Positions 30,089-32,000 of a stretch of 32,000 nucleotides of DNA are shown one piece after another. The position numbers were made by a program, and so were the translations under genes. Source of the stretch: Idiomarina loihiensis L2TR (GTDB lineage: Bacteria; Pseudomonadota; Gammaproteobacteria; Enterobacterales; Alteromonadaceae); NCBI RefSeq assembly GCF_000008465.1, contig NC_006512.1:2460001-2492000 (forward strand), written 5' to 3'. The notes beneath the pieces were generated by a model. The model saw only the letters and a list, made by a program, of their open reading frames with translations, was not told the origin of the DNA and ran no database searches. How positions within the stretch are numbered: position 1 is the first letter of the stretch; every line of letters begins with the position of its first letter.

Positions 30089-30763
30089 CTAAGAACCTGT
30101 TACCGCAGCGATTTCATCGCGCATTGTCCGGATGACACTGGCGTAATCATCCGCATTAAAAATAGCTGAACCAGCAACGAACATGTCCGCGCCAGCTTCT
30201 GCAATTTCACCAATATTTGAAACCTTAACACCACCATCCACTTCCAGGCGTATGTCGCGGCCACTTGCTTTAATTCGTTTACGCACCGCTCTGAGCTTAT
30301 CAAGCGTTGACGGAATAAAAGACTGTCCACCAAAACCTGGGTTAACCGACATCAGTAAAATGACATCCACTTTGTCCATAACATGATCAAGGTAATGCAG
30401 CGGTGTTGCAGGGTTTAACACTAAACCCGCCTGGCAACCCTGTTCGTGAATAAGCTGTAAAGTCCGGTCAACATGGTCGGATGCTTCCGGGTGGAAAGTA
30501 ATGATAGAAGCCCCGGCTTCGGCAAAGTCTGGAATAATACGGTCAACAGGCTTAACCATTAAATGCACGTCAATTGGCGCTTCAATTCCGTAATCACGTA
30601 ACGCTTTGCATACCATAGGACCTATCGTCAGGTTAGGCACGTAGTGGTTATCCATTACGTCAAAATGCACGACATCGGCACCAGCGTTCAATACCGCGTC
30701 AACTTCCTCACCTAACCGCGCGAAGTCCGCGGACAGTATCGACGGTGCAATTAGTGGTTTCAT
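30089..30763 (-). CDS. rpe: Ribulose-phosphate 3-epimerase
   Basis: 224 aa. [38 protein letters not shown] and DGG. all match Rpe. Confidence 0.96.
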   Translation of the reverse strand: MKPLIAPSILSADFARLGEEVDAVLNAGADVVHFDVMDNHYVPNLTIGPMVCKALRDYGIEAPIDVHLMVKPVDRIIPDFAEAGASIITFHPEASDHVDRTLQLIHEQGCQAGLVLNPATPLHYLDHVMDKVDVILLMSVNPGFGGQSFIPSTLDKLRAVRKRIKASGRDIRLEVDGGVKVSNIGEIAEAGADMFVAGSAIFNADDYASVIRTMRDEIAAVTGS

Positions 30764-30898
30764 TGTTCGTTTTCCTGACCTATTTCAAAATGATGCTTAT
30801 TGTAGCAGTTAACCCATGACAAAAAAATTCGCAATGATGACTAGAATTTTTACAAAATCGCTGATAAATTAGTCAATCAAGACTTGAGAGGGACTTTC

Positions 30899-31201
30899 AT
30901 GCGATTACTAACAATAATAACATCACTAGCATTAGCTGCGTTTACTGCGCTTGCTATCGTGAATCCTTCCTCGCTCGTTGCTCAGCAAAACCCCACTCAG
31001 CGCTGCCAGCAGCTTGTCACTGAAATAGAACCCAGTAACACCTCTGTTGAATGTCAGTTAGCTGCCGAGCAAGTGACATGGTTTAGCTGGTTAAAAGGCG
31101 ACAGCCGGTCCGTACAATTTCACTTCTTCGACTTGATTGAGTTAATCTCGAGTTCAAGCGACAGCAACAAAAAACATTATCAAAACGAATACACTGATTA
31201 A
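30899..31201 (+). CDS. Hypothetical small secreted protein (two Cys)
   Basis: ATG at 30899 with GAGAGGGA upstream. It has a signal-peptide-like N-terminus, MRLLTIITSLALAAFTALAIV...LVA. The mature part is about 70 aa with C..(17)..C. I recognise no family. Confidence 0.55.
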   Translation: MRLLTIITSLALAAFTALAIVNPSSLVAQQNPTQRCQQLVTEIEPSNTSVECQLAAEQVTWFSWLKGDSRSVQFHFFDLIELISSSSDSNKKHYQNEYTD

Positions 31202-31422
31202 TGTCTGAATCTACCGAAAATAAAACCTCTAAACCAGGTGTCTTTAGTATGGTTATGAGTGTGTTGGCGGCATTTTTGGGTGTGCAAACAGAAAAAAACC
31301 GCCAACGAGACTTCCAGCATGGTAGCCCGAAAGCCTACATCATCATTGGCGTTATTCTTACCATTCTATTCGTGTTTGGTTTAATTGGTCTCGTTAACCT
31401 GGTCCTGGCTACCGCGGCCTGA
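31201..31422 (+). CDS. DUF2970-like small membrane protein
   Basis: 73 aa. VLAAFLGVQTEKNRQRDF followed by one TM helix matches my recollection of the DUF2970 family. Its start overlaps the upstream stop (TAATG). Confidence 0.6.
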   Translation: MSESTENKTSKPGVFSMVMSVLAAFLGVQTEKNRQRDFQHGSPKAYIIIGVILTILFVFGLIGLVNLVLATAA

Positions 31423-31495
31423 TGCCCTACCGTAGCCAGACATTCATGTCAGGTACAATGCCGAAATACCACACAATTGTGATTTCAATATCGCA

Positions 31496-31515
31496 CCTGA
31501 TGCAATAGCATCAGG
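31496..31515. other. 8-bp stem, 4-nt loop hairpin at the DUF2970 / prlC convergent junction
   Basis: CCTGATGC-aata-GCATCAGG. The 3' arm contains the prlC stop codon (31511-31513). No clear U-run follows. Confidence 0.4.
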
Positions 31516-32000
31516 CAGCTATGCCGCTATGACGTAACAAAGCTTCGGCATTCGGTTCGCGACCACGAAATTCCTGGAATAAATCTGCGGCTTTACGGCT
31601 GCCACCACGTTCCAGAATGACATGTAAAAAGTCGCGCCCGGTTGTAGCGTTAAATATGCCCTCTTCTTCAAAGCGCGCAAACGCATCAGACGACAGCACT
31701 TCAGCCCATTTGTAACTGTAATAACCTGCCGCATAGCCGCCAGCAAAGATATGACCAAAGCTATGCTGAAAACGGTTGTACTCCGGTGGAATACGTACCG
31801 AAGTTTGCTGACGCACTTCACTCAGAATTTCACTAATACGCGCACCCGTGTTTTCGTCAAACTCGTGGTGAATGCGCATATCAAACAGCGAGAACTCCAA
31901 TTGACGCATCATTTGCATAGCCGACTGATAATTGCGCGCAGCCAACATTTTTTCCAGAAGCTCCTGTGGCAGCGGTTCACCGGTTTCATAGTGTCCGGAT
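31511..32000 (-). CDS. prlC: Oligopeptidase A, C-terminal ~163 codons; the gene continues past the right window edge
   Basis: The frame stays open upstream of the track's Met to the window edge (SGHYETGEPLPQELLEKMLAARNYQ...). It is collinear with the E. coli PrlC C-terminus: FGHIFAGGYAAGYYSYKWAEVLS.DAF.RFEEEGIF. Confidence 0.93.
   Translation of the reverse strand, partial: SGHYETGEPLPQELLEKMLAARNYQSAMQMMRQLEFSLFDMRIHHEFDENTGARISEILSEVRQQTSVRIPPEYNRFQHSFGHIFAGGYAAGYYSYKWAEVLSSDAFARFEEEGIFNATTGRDFLHVILERGGSRKAADLFQEFRGREPNAEALLRHSGIAA

Noticed and set aside
31472-31481. Perfect 10-bp palindrome CACAATTGTG in the DUF2970 / prlC intergenic region
   Set aside because: It is too short to interpret. 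It resembles half of many TGTGA-type operators but lacks the spacing of a CRP site.

Overview
This 32 kb window reads as ordinary core chromosome of a moderate-GC, probably marine gammaproteobacterium. That assignment rests only on protein similarity and on gene order shared with E. coli. It is densely coded, with about 31 protein genes and two tandem tRNA-Gly(GCC) genes.

Several E. coli-like micro-synteny blocks are recognisable:
- orn with tRNA-Gly, beside rsgA-psd
- hemE-nudC beside rsd
- fkpA beside slyX
- prk, yhfA, and argD/astC near pabA
- rpe-trpS
- prlC

I found no CRISPR array, transposase, integrase, phage gene or recognisable defence system, and no clear pseudogene.

The parts that housekeeping does not explain, in order of interest:
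1. A tightly spaced (2-nt gap) gene pair at 1190-3951. The first gene fuses an acetyl-CoA hydrolase/CoA-transferase domain to a Pat-type GNAT domain. The second encodes a catalytically intact Zn-dependent HDAC-family deacylase. Together they look like an uncharacterised acyl-lysine writer/eraser module.
2. A c-di-GMP neighbourhood at 24479-29061 with a YcgR-like PilZ receptor, an HDOD protein and a PAS-PAS-GGDEF(degenerate)-EAL phosphodiesterase. The second PAS domain of that phosphodiesterase closely resembles the FixL heme-binding PAS. Its gene is wedged into an rpe-trpS-...-pabA co-directional array.
3. An NRAMP-fold transporter in which all canonical metal-site positions are substituted.
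4. A WD40 lipoprotein gene overlapping slyX by 4 nt (ATGA).
5. Two small genes of unknown function: an acidic 116-aa protein, and a secreted two-Cys protein paired with DUF2970.

Every family assignment comes from reading the translated ORFs and recalling motifs. No searches were run.
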